A program made the translations under genes and the position numbers. This document shows, in pieces, positions 1 through 8,878 of a stretch of 32,000 bases of DNA (positions within the stretch are counted from its first letter, which is position 1; the number at the start of each line of letters is the position of its first letter). The stretch lies in the NCBI RefSeq assembly GCF_000175255.2, contig NC_017262.1, forward strand, positions 1-32,000. The letters are read 5' to 3'. The stretch comes from Zymomonas mobilis subsp. mobilis ATCC 10988 (GTDB lineage Bacteria > Pseudomonadota > Alphaproteobacteria > Sphingomonadales > Sphingomonadaceae). The notes below the pieces were generated by a model that searched no databases, was not told the origin of the DNA, and saw only the letters and a list, made by a program, of their open reading frames with translations.

Positions 1-273
1 ATTTTTAAGACTCTTGTCGCTTCCCCCTTGATTGGCGGGGATTGCTCTTCCAAAAAGCAAGAACATACCGGATCATATTTGAGTCTGTTATTTAGGCTTC
101 AATAGACAAAGAATCAGATATGTCGGGTCTCCGCGACAAGAGGCTCAAGAGCGCAAAAGCTGTCTTTTCAAAAGATACAGTTTGCCGGAAATACACTCTC
201 CATTGATACAAGGCAAAGCAAAGCGGGGTAGTAGAATAGCGTGCTGAATCCAGTGCAAAAAGAAGGTGGAGAT

Positions 274-1728
274 ATGCAGCCCCCGTCACAGGACTGGGCT
301 TCATTACTGCCAGCTGCATGGAGCGAAGCGCGCCAGATATTGCGCAAAAAATGCGGCAGCCGGACTTTTGAAAGCTGGCTTAAATCCCTGATGCTTGCCG
401 ATTTTGATAGCCAGAAAAAAATCATTCGCTTGGCTTGCCCCAGCGAATTTATGGCTAACTGGATATCCTCTCATCTGTCAGATGAGCTTTTGCTGGCATG
501 GCGGACAGTCTGGCCGGGCATTGCCGAAGTCAAGGTCAGCGTCCGTAACCCAGAATCGCAACCTTTGCTCCTCGATGTTACCGAAATAGAATTACCGCTA
601 GGGGATCAACCTCGCCCATTGCCGAAAAAACCGGCAAAGAAAAAACAATCTGTTCCCGCCACACCCAAAAGCACTAGCCCTGAAAAAAAGGCGGAGGGTG
701 AGGATCAAAATCAATTCGAAGAACGCTATAATTTCGACAATTTTGTTGTCGGTAAAGCAAATGATCTAGCCTATCGGGCGGCTTGCACTTTTGCCGAAGG
801 TGGCAAACTCGATTTCAATCCGCTTTTTCTCTATGGCGGAACGGGGCTTGGAAAAACCCATCTCATGCATGCCGTGGGCATTGAATATCTCAAACGGCAT
901 CCGAACAGCACGGCTTTGTATATGTCGGCTGAAAAATTCATGTATGATTTTGTCGCTTCGATGCGCGCCAAGGATACCCATAGCTTCAAAGCCCGCCTGC
1001 GTTCTGCCGATCTTCTGATGATTGATGATGTCCAATTCATTGCCGGAAAGGATTCCACACAGGAAGAATTCTTTCACACAATGAACGAGGTCATCACCGC
1101 TGGCCGTCGTCTGGTTATTTCTGCCGATCGCAGCCCACAAGATCTTGAACGGATTGAAAGCCGTATTCTATCCCGTTTGTCATGGGGCTTGGTGGCTGAT
1201 GTCAATCCGGCCGATTTCGAGTTGAGATTAAATATTATCCTCAAAAAACTCGAAGCCATGCCACAGGTCTCAATGCCAGAAGATATCGTTTTCTTTCTGG
1301 CCAAACGGATTTGTACCAATGTGCGGGAATTGGAAGGCGCGCTTAATCGGGTGGTTGCCTATGCAACGCTTTCCAATCGCCCCATCAATATGGATTTCGT
1401 TACCGAAACCTTGGCCGATCTCCTTCGGACAACGCAACAGCGCGTAACGGTTGAAGATATTCAAAAACGGGTTTGTGACCATTATCACCTTAAATTAGCG
1501 GATATGAGTTCTAAAAGACGGGACAGGGTTATTGCTCGCCCACGCCAAGTTGCGATGTATCTTTCAAAGCAACTTACTTCCCGTTCATTACCAGAAATCG
1601 GGCAACGTTTTGGTGGGCGCGATCACACCACGGTTATTCATGCCATTCGGCAGATAGAAAAGCTGCGGATAACGGATGAAGATGTCGATTCGGATGTCCG
1701 TTTGCTGATGCGCCAATTTGAAGGCTAA
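274..1728 (+). CDS. dnaA: Chromosomal replication initiator protein DnaA
   Basis: The long ORF opens at GTG 241. ATG 274 follows the purine tract GAAGGTGGAG and is my preferred start. The translation has an AAA+ Walker A (GGTGLGKTHL), Walker B (LLMIDDVQF), the RELEGAL sensor region, a C-terminal DnaA DNA-binding domain (RPRQVAMYL...GGRDHTTVIHA) and a K/P-rich domain II linker. Confidence 0.97.
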   Translation: MQPPSQDWASLLPAAWSEARQILRKKCGSRTFESWLKSLMLADFDSQKKIIRLACPSEFMANWISSHLSDELLLAWRTVWPGIAEVKVSVRNPESQPLLLDVTEIELPLGDQPRPLPKKPAKKKQSVPATPKSTSPEKKAEGEDQNQFEERYNFDNFVVGKANDLAYRAACTFAEGGKLDFNPLFLYGGTGLGKTHLMHAVGIEYLKRHPNSTALYMSAEKFMYDFVASMRAKDTHSFKARLRSADLLMIDDVQFIAGKDSTQEEFFHTMNEVITAGRRLVISADRSPQDLERIESRILSRLSWGLVADVNPADFELRLNIILKKLEAMPQVSMPEDIVFFLAKRICTNVRELEGALNRVVAYATLSNRPINMDFVTETLADLLRTTQQRVTVEDIQKRVCDHYHLKLADMSSKRRDRVIARPRQVAMYLSKQLTSRSLPEIGQRFGGRDHTTVIHAIRQIEKLRITDEDVDSDVRLLMRQFEG

Positions 1729-1822
1729 CCGCTTTTTTTAGAATAAGGGTTGAATGCCTCGCTTGTGATTTTTATGAATCACTTTCTTTCCTATTCCCGA
1801 CCAACCATCCGAATTGAGAATT

Positions 1823-3688
1823 ATGCTTAGTTTTTCGGCTATTACTGTCCGGCTTGGAGGCCAACTTATCCTTGATCAGGCCACGGCCAGCCTACCACCC
1901 GGTAGCCATGTCGGCTTAATCGGTCGTAACGGGGCAGGGAAGTCAACCTTAATGAAGGTGGTTGCCGGTTTATTGGAAGCCGACAGCGGCGAATTATCCA
2001 TGCCGCGCGGGACACGGATCGGCTATATAGCACAGGAAGCGCCCGAAGGATCAGCCACGCCTTATGAAACTGTATTGGCGGCTGATGAAGAACGTTCGCG
2101 CCTGATGGAAGCAAGCGAAACGGAAAGCGATCTTGAAAAACTGGCCGAAATTCATGAAAGACTGAACACGATTGATGCTTATACCGCGCCAGCAAGGGCA
2201 GCGCGTATTCTGGCTGGTCTTGGTTTTGACGAAACTATGCAGCATCAACCGCTTTCGGCTTTTTCAGGTGGTTGGCGGATGCGGGTCGCCTTGGGCGCAC
2301 TTTTATTCTCAGCGCCTGATCTGTTGCTGTTGGATGAACCTTCCAACCATCTTGATTTGGAAGCCGTGCTTTGGCTTGAAAACTTTCTGCGGGGATATCG
2401 TGGGACGTTACTTTTAATCAGTCACGAACGCGATTTTCTGAATAAGGTTGCCGACCATATTTTGCATTTACAGCAAGGCAAGCTGACCCTTTATCCGGGG
2501 GGATATGATGCTTTTGAAAGACAGCGGGCAGAAAGACTCTCCCAACTCGAATCGGCACGTAATCGGCAATTAGCCGAAAGGGAAAAATTACAAAGTTTTG
2601 TCAATCGTTGGCGGACAAAAGCTCATTCTGCCCGTCAGGCACAAAGCCGGATGAAAGCACTGGAAAGAATGGAACCGATTGCCGCTGCGGTCGAAGATCC
2701 ATCACTCAGCTTTTCTTTTCCAAGTCCCGATGACAATCTGAAACCGCCTTTAATCACGCTAGATCAAGCTGCGGTCGGTTATGATGACAAGCCGATTTTG
2801 ACCAAGCTTAATCTGCGCATCGACCCTGATGACCGAATCGCGTTCATCGGTCGGAACGGTAACGGTAAGACAACCTTGGCAAAGCTGATTGTTGGCCAAT
2901 TGCCTACAGTCGATGGCCAGATGGTTACTTCTTCCAAGATAAAGGTAGGCTATTTCACCCAATATCAAGTGGAAGAACTGGATGTTGACGATAGTCCGCT
3001 GGACCATATGACGCGGCTTATGCCGGGCGCGTCAACAACAGCCGTGCGGTCACAATTAGGGCGTTTTGGTTTTTCGGGTGATAAAGCGACCCAAAAAGTG
3101 GGCAGCATGTCTGGTGGTGAAAGGGCAAGATTGGCCTTGGCATTGATTACCCGCGACGCACCTCATCTGCTTATTTTGGACGAACCAACGAACCATCTTG
3201 ATGTAGATGTTCGGCAAGCCTTGATCGAGGCTTTGGCTGATTATCAGGGCGCCGTTATCATCGTTTCCCATGATCGCCATATGTTAGAATTAACTGCAGA
3301 CCGCCTCATTTTGGTCGATAATGGTAAAGCCACTGATTTCGATGGCGATTTGAATGATTATACCAATTTCATTTTAGGCAAATCTGATAAACCCACCTCA
3401 GATGCTCCGGTAAAAGCACAAGATAAAAAAGCCGACAAGCGCGCTAGGGCAGAAAAAAGGCAACAAAACAAAGCCTTGCGCGATGAAATCAAAAAACTTG
3501 AAGGTGAAATCAGCAAGTTAACTTCTCGCAGAAGCGAGATAGATCAGGCTTTATTTGATCCCGATCAGGCCTCTCCCAAGGACAAAAAACTGACCGTTAC
3601 CCAGTTAATGAAGTCGCGCGCTGATATTGAAGACGAAATCAATAAAAAAGAAGCGATCTGGCTCGAAAAAAGCGAAATGCTTGAATAG
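1823..3688 (+). CDS. ABC-F family ATPase (tandem ABC cassettes, no transmembrane domain; Uup/YheS-like)
   Basis: Two Walker A motifs (GRNGAGKST, GRNGNGKTT), two signature motifs (SGGWRMR, SGGERAR) and two Walker B motifs (LLLLDEP, LLILDEP). There is an interdomain linker and a K/E-rich coiled-coil C-terminal tail. The ORF opens at TTG 1814, with ATG 1823 three codons later. Confidence 0.93.
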   Translation: MLSFSAITVRLGGQLILDQATASLPPGSHVGLIGRNGAGKSTLMKVVAGLLEADSGELSMPRGTRIGYIAQEAPEGSATPYETVLAADEERSRLMEASETESDLEKLAEIHERLNTIDAYTAPARAARILAGLGFDETMQHQPLSAFSGGWRMRVALGALLFSAPDLLLLDEPSNHLDLEAVLWLENFLRGYRGTLLLISHERDFLNKVADHILHLQQGKLTLYPGGYDAFERQRAERLSQLESARNRQLAEREKLQSFVNRWRTKAHSARQAQSRMKALERMEPIAAAVEDPSLSFSFPSPDDNLKPPLITLDQAAVGYDDKPILTKLNLRIDPDDRIAFIGRNGNGKTTLAKLIVGQLPTVDGQMVTSSKIKVGYFTQYQVEELDVDDSPLDHMTRLMPGASTTAVRSQLGRFGFSGDKATQKVGSMSGGERARLALALITRDAPHLLILDEPTNHLDVDVRQALIEALADYQGAVIIVSHDRHMLELTADRLILVDNGKATDFDGDLNDYTNFILGKSDKPTSDAPVKAQDKKADKRARAEKRQQNKALRDEIKKLEGEISKLTSRRSEIDQALFDPDQASPKDKKLTVTQLMKSRADIEDEINKKEAIWLEKSEMLE

Positions 3689-3721
3689 CTTGGGTGAAAT
3701 ATCACTTTTTATCTAGCGTGT

Positions 3722-3749
3722 AGGCGGGTTCTTTTCTAAAAGCCCGCTT
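3722..3749 (+). terminator. Weak putative stem-loop downstream of the ABC-F gene
   Basis: AGGCGGGTT ... AAGCCCGCT pairs for about 9 bp with two G-T wobbles and a 10-nt loop. Only TT follows the stem, so this is not a canonical intrinsic terminator. Confidence 0.3.
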
Positions 3750-4103
3750 CCATGCTCAAGGAAAGCGCTATAGATATCCCACTCTCTTGGATGTCAACTG
3801 CGTTATAAAAGTCTCTATTCGCGGTAAAAGGGACTAATCCGCAAAAAGATGTCGCTTTTTATTTTATTTTTTTGCGTTTCTAACTAAAACTACTATGACA
3901 AAACAAACTAGCTTGAAATTTCTTTTAAGATTTCTTTGAAGAAATCGCTGGTTCGATTATGCGTAATTAGGCAAAAACACGCTTTTCGTTTGATATGCGA
4001 TGCTTTTTGGCAACATTTTGAGCTATATGTGTGCTTGCACCGCTCGCTTGCTTTGTTTAGTTACGATAGTAATCCGTAAGGGTTTGATTGAAAGGGGATG
4101 ACA

Positions 4104-5195
4104 ATGCGTAAGCTGGCCATTGTGGCTGCGCTCGCCTCTAGCGCAATAGCTGCACCGGCGCTCGCTCGCGACGGTGCTTGGTATGTCAGCGTCGACGGCG
4201 GTGGTCTGTTCGTCGAAGACATACATTATAAACTTCCGAACGCCCAGTCTGCTAGAATGGGTAACAAAGCAGGCTATGATGTCGACGCCAATGTTGGTTA
4301 CGACTTCGGGCCGTTCCGTGTTGAAGGTGAAGCTGCCTACAAAAGCTCCAATAATGGGAACTTTTCGGCAGGTGGTACCACGGCTAAAAGCCATGGTTCA
4401 ACCGATGTCTTGAGCTTCATGTTGAACGGTATGTTCGACTTTGGCGGCAAAAATGACGGTGTTTCCGGCTTTATCGGAGGCGGTGTCGGTGTCGCTCGCG
4501 TCGCACTTAACCATTATTCATTAGGTGGCGGTAACAGCTTCGCCAACGATAACGATGCCCATTTCGCATGGCAGGTCATCGCTGGTATCCGTAAGCCGGT
4601 CACCAAAATGATCGACTTCGAACTGAAGTATCGTTTCTTCAACGTAAACGGTTTGAATTTCCGGACGACCGACATGGGCAACATGTCTGGCCGCTATCGT
4701 TCGCATAGCGTCTTGGCCGGTCTGGTCTTCAACTTCGGTGAACCGAAGGCTGCTCAGCCTGCGCCTCCTCCGATGCCGGCTCCTCCGCCTCCGACGCCAC
4801 CGGCGCCTCCGCCCCCCGAAGAACCGCCTGCGCCACCGGTCCCAGCTATTCCGGGGCCGTTCCTGGTGTTCTTCGACTTTGATAAGTATAACATTACGCC
4901 AGAAGCGGCTTCTATCCTCGACAACGTTGCGTCTTCCTACGCCCAGACTGGGCAGGCTCGCGTGGTTGTTGCTGGTTACACCGATACCGCAGGTCCGGCT
5001 AAATACAACATGGGTCTGTCACAGCGTCGTGCAGATTCTGTTAAAGCTTATCTGGTCGGCAAGGGTGTTCCTGACGATGCAATGGCTACCGAAGCTTACG
5101 GTAAAACGCATCTTCTGGTTCAGACGGCTGATGGTGTTCGTGAACCTCAGAACCGTCGCGTCGAAATCACTTTCGGCCCGGGTTCAGGTCAGTAA
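4104..5195 (+). CDS. OmpA-family outer-membrane protein (N-terminal beta-barrel, Pro-rich linker, C-terminal OmpA peptidoglycan-binding domain)
   Basis: Signal peptide MRKLAIVAALASSAIAAPALA. The N-terminal part has the aromatic-ended beta-strand pattern of an OMP barrel. The linker is APPPMPAPPPPTPPAPPPPEEPPAPPVPAIPGP. The C-terminal OmpA-like motifs are GYTDTAGPAKYNMGLSQRRADSVKAYL and NRRVEI. The SD-like AAAGGGG abuts ATG 4098, so ATG 4104 has better spacing. Confidence 0.92.
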   Translation: MRKLAIVAALASSAIAAPALARDGAWYVSVDGGGLFVEDIHYKLPNAQSARMGNKAGYDVDANVGYDFGPFRVEGEAAYKSSNNGNFSAGGTTAKSHGSTDVLSFMLNGMFDFGGKNDGVSGFIGGGVGVARVALNHYSLGGGNSFANDNDAHFAWQVIAGIRKPVTKMIDFELKYRFFNVNGLNFRTTDMGNMSGRYRSHSVLAGLVFNFGEPKAAQPAPPPMPAPPPPTPPAPPPPEEPPAPPVPAIPGPFLVFFDFDKYNITPEAASILDNVASSYAQTGQARVVVAGYTDTAGPAKYNMGLSQRRADSVKAYLVGKGVPDDAMATEAYGKTHLLVQTADGVREPQNRRVEITFGPGSGQ

Positions 5196-5228
5196 TTTTC
5201 ACTGCCTTTTTAGGCTTCAACAAAAAAA

Positions 5229-5257
5229 GGCCGGTCATTTTGACTGGCCTTTTTTTA
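5229..5257 (+). terminator. Rho-independent terminator of the ompA-family gene
   Basis: GGCCGGTC / GACTGGCC forms an 8-bp stem whose single G-T wobble pairs only on the + strand RNA. The loop is ATTTT and a T7 run follows. An A-run lies upstream. Confidence 0.8.
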
Positions 5258-5377
5258 TCTTTTGCAGTCTACTTCCTTGTCGCTCTTTGCCTTTTCGACA
5301 AAATACAGAATGTAACTGTCTTTATGGGCATGATGAGGCTAAGCTCTTTTCATAACAAAAGATAAGAGGTGCCTCTC

Positions 5378-5938
5378 ATGGGTAATCTTCAACAGTTAGC
5401 TCTCGATGCAGATATCGCCGCAGTGAAACAGCAAGAAAAATTGCTGCGCTTACCGGAATTTAATGAAGATATTGCATGGCAACTCGGCTCTTATATTCGC
5501 CAGATTGCTGTTCAGAAAAACTACCCGATTGCGATTACCGTCGCCCGTTTTAATCAGCCGCTTTTTTATTGTGCTATGCCCAACAGCTCACCCGACAATA
5601 AAAATTGGCTCCGACGGAAAGCCGCAACAGTCGCCCATTATTACACCAGTTCCTATGCCGTTGGCCTAAAGTTGAAGAAAAAAGGCGTTACAACCTTATC
5701 TGGCTATGGCCTCGATGATAAAGATTACGCCACGCATGGTGGGGCTTTTCCAATCACGGTAGAAAAGGCTGGTATTGTTGGATATATTGCCGTTTCAGGC
5801 TTAGATCAAAGAGACGATCACGCTCTTGTCGTTCAAGCCTTGGCTGTTCATCTTGGCCTTCCGGCTGAAAAAACAGCGCTCGAATATCTGACCCAAGATA
5901 GCCTTGGCAAGGCAAGACTTGATGAAACCATTGTCTGA
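5378..5938 (+). CDS. UPF0303 family protein (heme-degrading / GlcG-HbpS-like domain)
   Basis: The translation carries family-typical blocks LPEFNEDIAWQLG, RFNQPLFYCAMP..SPDN..W.RRK, HGGAFPI and SGLDQRDDHALVV. The ORF opens at GTG 5369. ATG 5378 follows the SD AAGAGG. Confidence 0.85.
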   Translation: MGNLQQLALDADIAAVKQQEKLLRLPEFNEDIAWQLGSYIRQIAVQKNYPIAITVARFNQPLFYCAMPNSSPDNKNWLRRKAATVAHYYTSSYAVGLKLKKKGVTTLSGYGLDDKDYATHGGAFPITVEKAGIVGYIAVSGLDQRDDHALVVQALAVHLGLPAEKTALEYLTQDSLGKARLDETIV

Positions 5939-6168
5939 CGATATCACTTGTTATAAAATTTGATATCCTCAACAATTTGTTACAATCTTATTCATCATAG
6001 TATAACAATTCGTTGAATATAATTTCTCTGCATTCAGGTCAAAATACGACCTATTTTGCCTGTCAGAGGCGTTATTTTCTGGAAAAAAGTTATCTTATAT
6101 CGGCTTGAAACCTCCTATTCTCATGCTGATATAGGTAGCAACAATATCTCAATTGGAGATTATCTATT

Positions 6169-6897
6169 ATGGCAAATTGGAATGATTCCCGGATGACCGT
6201 GACGGAATCTGCTGCGCGTGGCCGTAACGGAGCTTCGGAGCGGGACGCCGGTCTTCGCTCCTATATGCTTTCGGTTTATAATTATATGGCTGGCGGTGTA
6301 TTGCTTACCGGCATTGTTGCCTATCTTGTGGCACATTCAGCCTTAGGCGCGGCCATTATTTTCTCACCTTTGCGTTGGCTGGTTATTCTGGCGCCGCTGG
6401 CTTTTGTTTTCGCCCTTAGCGCTGGTGTAAACCGCTTCAAGCTTTCGACGTTAAAAACGCTTTTCTGGTCTTATGCGGCCGTCATGGGACTTTCGATGGC
6501 GGTGATTTTCTTCGTCTATACCGGCACGTCTATTGCCCAGACCTTTTTTGCAACGGCTGCTGCCTTTGCAGGGCTCAGTGTTTTTGGCTATCTGACGAAG
6601 AAGGACTTGTCTGGTATTGGTAGCTTCCTGATTATGGCTGTTTTCGGCTTGATCGTAGCCTCTTTACTGAACATGTTCATTCACTCTTCATCGCTGCAAT
6701 TCGGTATCAGTGCTTTAGGCGTGCTTATTTTTGCTGGCCTTACCGCTTATGATACGCAGCAAATCAAAAGCATGTATTTCATGACTTCTGGTGGTGAATA
6801 CGCCGGTAAAATGGCAGTGATGGGCGCTTTAAGCCTCTATCTGGACTTCATCAATATGTTCAGCTTCCTGCTGAACTTCATGGGTGACCGTCGCTAA
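6169..6897 (+). CDS. Bax inhibitor-1 / YccA family membrane protein
   Basis: 242 aa with about 7 hydrophobic helices and the family motif GLTAYDTQQIK near the C-terminal third. GGAG lies 10 nt upstream of the ATG. Confidence 0.9.
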   Translation: MANWNDSRMTVTESAARGRNGASERDAGLRSYMLSVYNYMAGGVLLTGIVAYLVAHSALGAAIIFSPLRWLVILAPLAFVFALSAGVNRFKLSTLKTLFWSYAAVMGLSMAVIFFVYTGTSIAQTFFATAAAFAGLSVFGYLTKKDLSGIGSFLIMAVFGLIVASLLNMFIHSSSLQFGISALGVLIFAGLTAYDTQQIKSMYFMTSGGEYAGKMAVMGALSLYLDFINMFSFLLNFMGDRR

Positions 6898-6922
6898 TCA
6901 CCTTAATTGATTGCTAAAAAAG

Positions 6923-6953
6923 AAAAGCCCGAAATTCTGTTTCGGGCTTTTTT
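6923..6953. terminator. Bidirectional rho-independent terminator between the convergent BI-1 and DLH genes
   Basis: GCCCGAAA / TTTCGGGC is a perfect 8-bp stem with loop TTCTG. It is flanked by an A-run upstream and a T6 run downstream. Confidence 0.8.
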
Positions 6954-6987
6954 AGTATAAAGAGTAAATTTTCAGGCTTTAAGCGCT

Positions 6988-7992
6988 TTATTTCGGCTGT
7001 TGATTGGCCTTTTGGGTAACGTTGGGTTTCGTAGAAGAGGCCACCGCTTGCTCTTTCTCTAACTTTTGCTCTCCCTTATTGATTTTATGAAGCAGGCTTT
7101 CTTTGGGATTAAGGTTAGCTGCCAAAAATTCAGCGCTACGCTTCCACGCCTCATTTGCAGCCACTTCATTATAAGCAGGCTGGGTTTCATTCATAAAACC
7201 ATGTCCGGCATTGGGATAAAAATAACATTCCAATGGCACAGAGGCGCTTTTTAGGGCTGACACCCAATTTAAAGCCGCCGCATTAACCGCAGAATCCGAT
7301 GTGCCGAAATGAAGCTGTAACGGCGCTTTGATATGGGCAGCTTCATTCATAGGGGGCGTCTCGCTATAATAAGCGACTGCTGCCGCTAACGCATCTTGGG
7401 CTTGCGCAGCAGTATATTGAGCCAGTTTGCCACCCCAACCAAAACCGATAGCTCCGACTTTTCCTGTAGAATAGCGCTGATTTTTAAGCCAATCGACCGT
7501 CATCGCGGCATCTTTGACAAGCCATGACCAATCGACACCCCTTAGCAAGGCGCGTGTTTTGGCCGGATCGTCCGGCATACCACCCCAAGCAGACAGAAAA
7601 TCCGGTGCCAAGGCAATATAGCCATTCAATGCCATTTTACGGGTATATTCCCGCGTGGCAAAATCCAGCCCTTGCTCGTCATGGATAATGAGAACAGTCG
7701 GTAATTTATTTCTGGCAGCGGCCGGTACCGCAATATAGCCATGCATCAATTCCCCATTGGTAACCCGCCAATTAACCCGATGGGTATTCAGCAAAGGATT
7801 ATCGTCCCCTTTATCAATCGGAAAAGGGAAGGACTTCTTTGCAGGGGGATTTTCTTCTGCTGCCAAAGCGCGTCCTATAACCGTCTCTGATAACAGACCA
7901 GCCGTCCCAAATTGTAGAATTGCTTTTCCAAGACGGCGGCGGTTAATCGCCTGATCTCTTATTTTGTCTAAAAAAAGGCCTTTTAAAGCCAT
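6988..7992 (-). CDS. Dienelactone hydrolase-fold protein (YsgA-like) with a Tat-type signal; nucleophile position is Gly
   Basis: The N-terminus has INRRRLGKAILQFGTAGLL...ALAAEE, i.e. a twin-arginine motif, a hydrophobic region and an AxA site. The DLH blocks are LIIHDEQGL, GYIALAPD, GKVGAIGFGWGG (canonical G-F/Y-C-x-G-G), LHFGTSD and NAGHGF. There is a K/Q-rich C-terminal tail. SD GAAGAGG lies 7 nt upstream of the ATG. Confidence 0.85.
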   Translation of the reverse strand: MALKGLFLDKIRDQAINRRRLGKAILQFGTAGLLSETVIGRALAAEENPPAKKSFPFPIDKGDDNPLLNTHRVNWRVTNGELMHGYIAVPAAARNKLPTVLIIHDEQGLDFATREYTRKMALNGYIALAPDFLSAWGGMPDDPAKTRALLRGVDWSWLVKDAAMTVDWLKNQRYSTGKVGAIGFGWGGKLAQYTAAQAQDALAAAVAYYSETPPMNEAAHIKAPLQLHFGTSDSAVNAAALNWVSALKSASVPLECYFYPNAGHGFMNETQPAYNEVAANEAWKRSAEFLAANLNPKESLLHKINKGEQKLEKEQAVASSTKPNVTQKANQQPK

Positions 7993-8004
7993 AAAAAACC
8001 TCTT

Positions 8005-8766
8005 CTAAATAGCACCATCGACAGCCGACAAGTCTTCTTTCAAAAGTCGGTTAATCAAATCTTCGGCACAACGATTTAAAGCCTCGCGATCGACCGAGCG
8101 GATTACCAGATTGACTCCACCGCTGCCATTTCGGAAAAAAGGATAGCTTCCCAATTTGCAGAGGGCATGATCTTTCTCGGTTTCTTGCAAGATTTTGGCA
8201 ATCTGGCTTTCACCATTCCAGCTTCCGACAGTGCGGGATAGAACAGGTTTCCCACCGGATAAAGTGCCGTTCAGACTTTCAAGCATGGCTGTTACAATTT
8301 TAGGCACACCGGCCATGATAAAAATATTGCCGATACGGACACCGGGCGCACCAGAAACCGGATTTTTAATCAGTGTTGCTCCTTCTGGTGTTCTTGCCAT
8401 CCGGAGCCGGGCAGGGGTCACACCGCCACGATCGGCATAATAGGCGTCAAGACAGGCTTTGGCCTCGGGATGAATAATAACGGGAAGCCTCAAAGCCTGA
8501 CTGATAGATTCTACAGTAATATCGTCATGGGTCGGGCCAATGCCACCAGTTGTAAATAAATAGTCATGATTGTCTTTCAGGGCGAGAACGGCCTCTCCAA
8601 TGGCCTGACTGTCGTCAGGAATAACCCGAACTTCCGCTAACCTGATTCCCTGCATGTTCAACCATGAAGCAATCTGGGCAATATTTCGATCTTCGGTGCG
8701 TCCAGACAAAATTTCATCACCGATAACCAACAAAGCGGCCGTCCATACGCGATTATTTGTTGTCAT
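8005..8766 (-). CDS. CinA-like / molybdopterin-binding (MoCF biosynthesis) domain protein
   Basis: Motifs LLVIGDEILSGRTEDRN and TTGGIGPTHDDIT are typical of the CinA N-terminal/MoaB-like domain. The stop lies 12 nt upstream of the DLH start, so co-transcription is likely. Confidence 0.85.
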   Translation of the reverse strand: MTTNNRVWTAALLVIGDEILSGRTEDRNIAQIASWLNMQGIRLAEVRVIPDDSQAIGEAVLALKDNHDYLFTTGGIGPTHDDITVESISQALRLPVIIHPEAKACLDAYYADRGGVTPARLRMARTPEGATLIKNPVSGAPGVRIGNIFIMAGVPKIVTAMLESLNGTLSGGKPVLSRTVGSWNGESQIAKILQETEKDHALCKLGSYPFFRNGSGGVNLVIRSVDREALNRCAEDLINRLLKEDLSAVDGAI

Positions 8767-8878
8767 TTTCAGTCCGTCCTTTTCCTCTTTCCTCTGATGC
8801 GGCAGATATTCCGAATCCGAAAACGGAATATGTTAATGCGGCTCGCAAAGGGAAAGCTTATTGGTTATAGCAGAAGTT

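Noticed and set aside
1-273. Possible oriC or DnaA-box cluster immediately upstream of dnaA at the window start
   Set aside because: Scanning by eye, I find no perfect or one-mismatch TTATCCACA/TGTGGATAA box and no AT-rich 13-mer-type repeats in 1-273. Gene orientation also turns predominantly minus from about 19.5 kb, which does not fit a leading-strand bias to the right of an origin here. In alphaproteobacteria oriC is usually not adjacent to dnaA. A genome-wide GC-skew plot and DnaA-box scan would settle the question.
4023-4394. 123-aa minus-strand ORF antisense to the start of the OmpA-family gene
   Set aside because: It has no SD or domain signature and lies entirely antisense to a strongly supported gene and its leader.
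4738-5355. 205-aa Arg/Leu-rich ORF on the plus strand overlapping the OmpA-family gene
   Set aside because: It is an out-of-frame reading of the proline-codon-rich linker and OmpA domain, and it continues through the terminator hairpin. It is a frame artefact.
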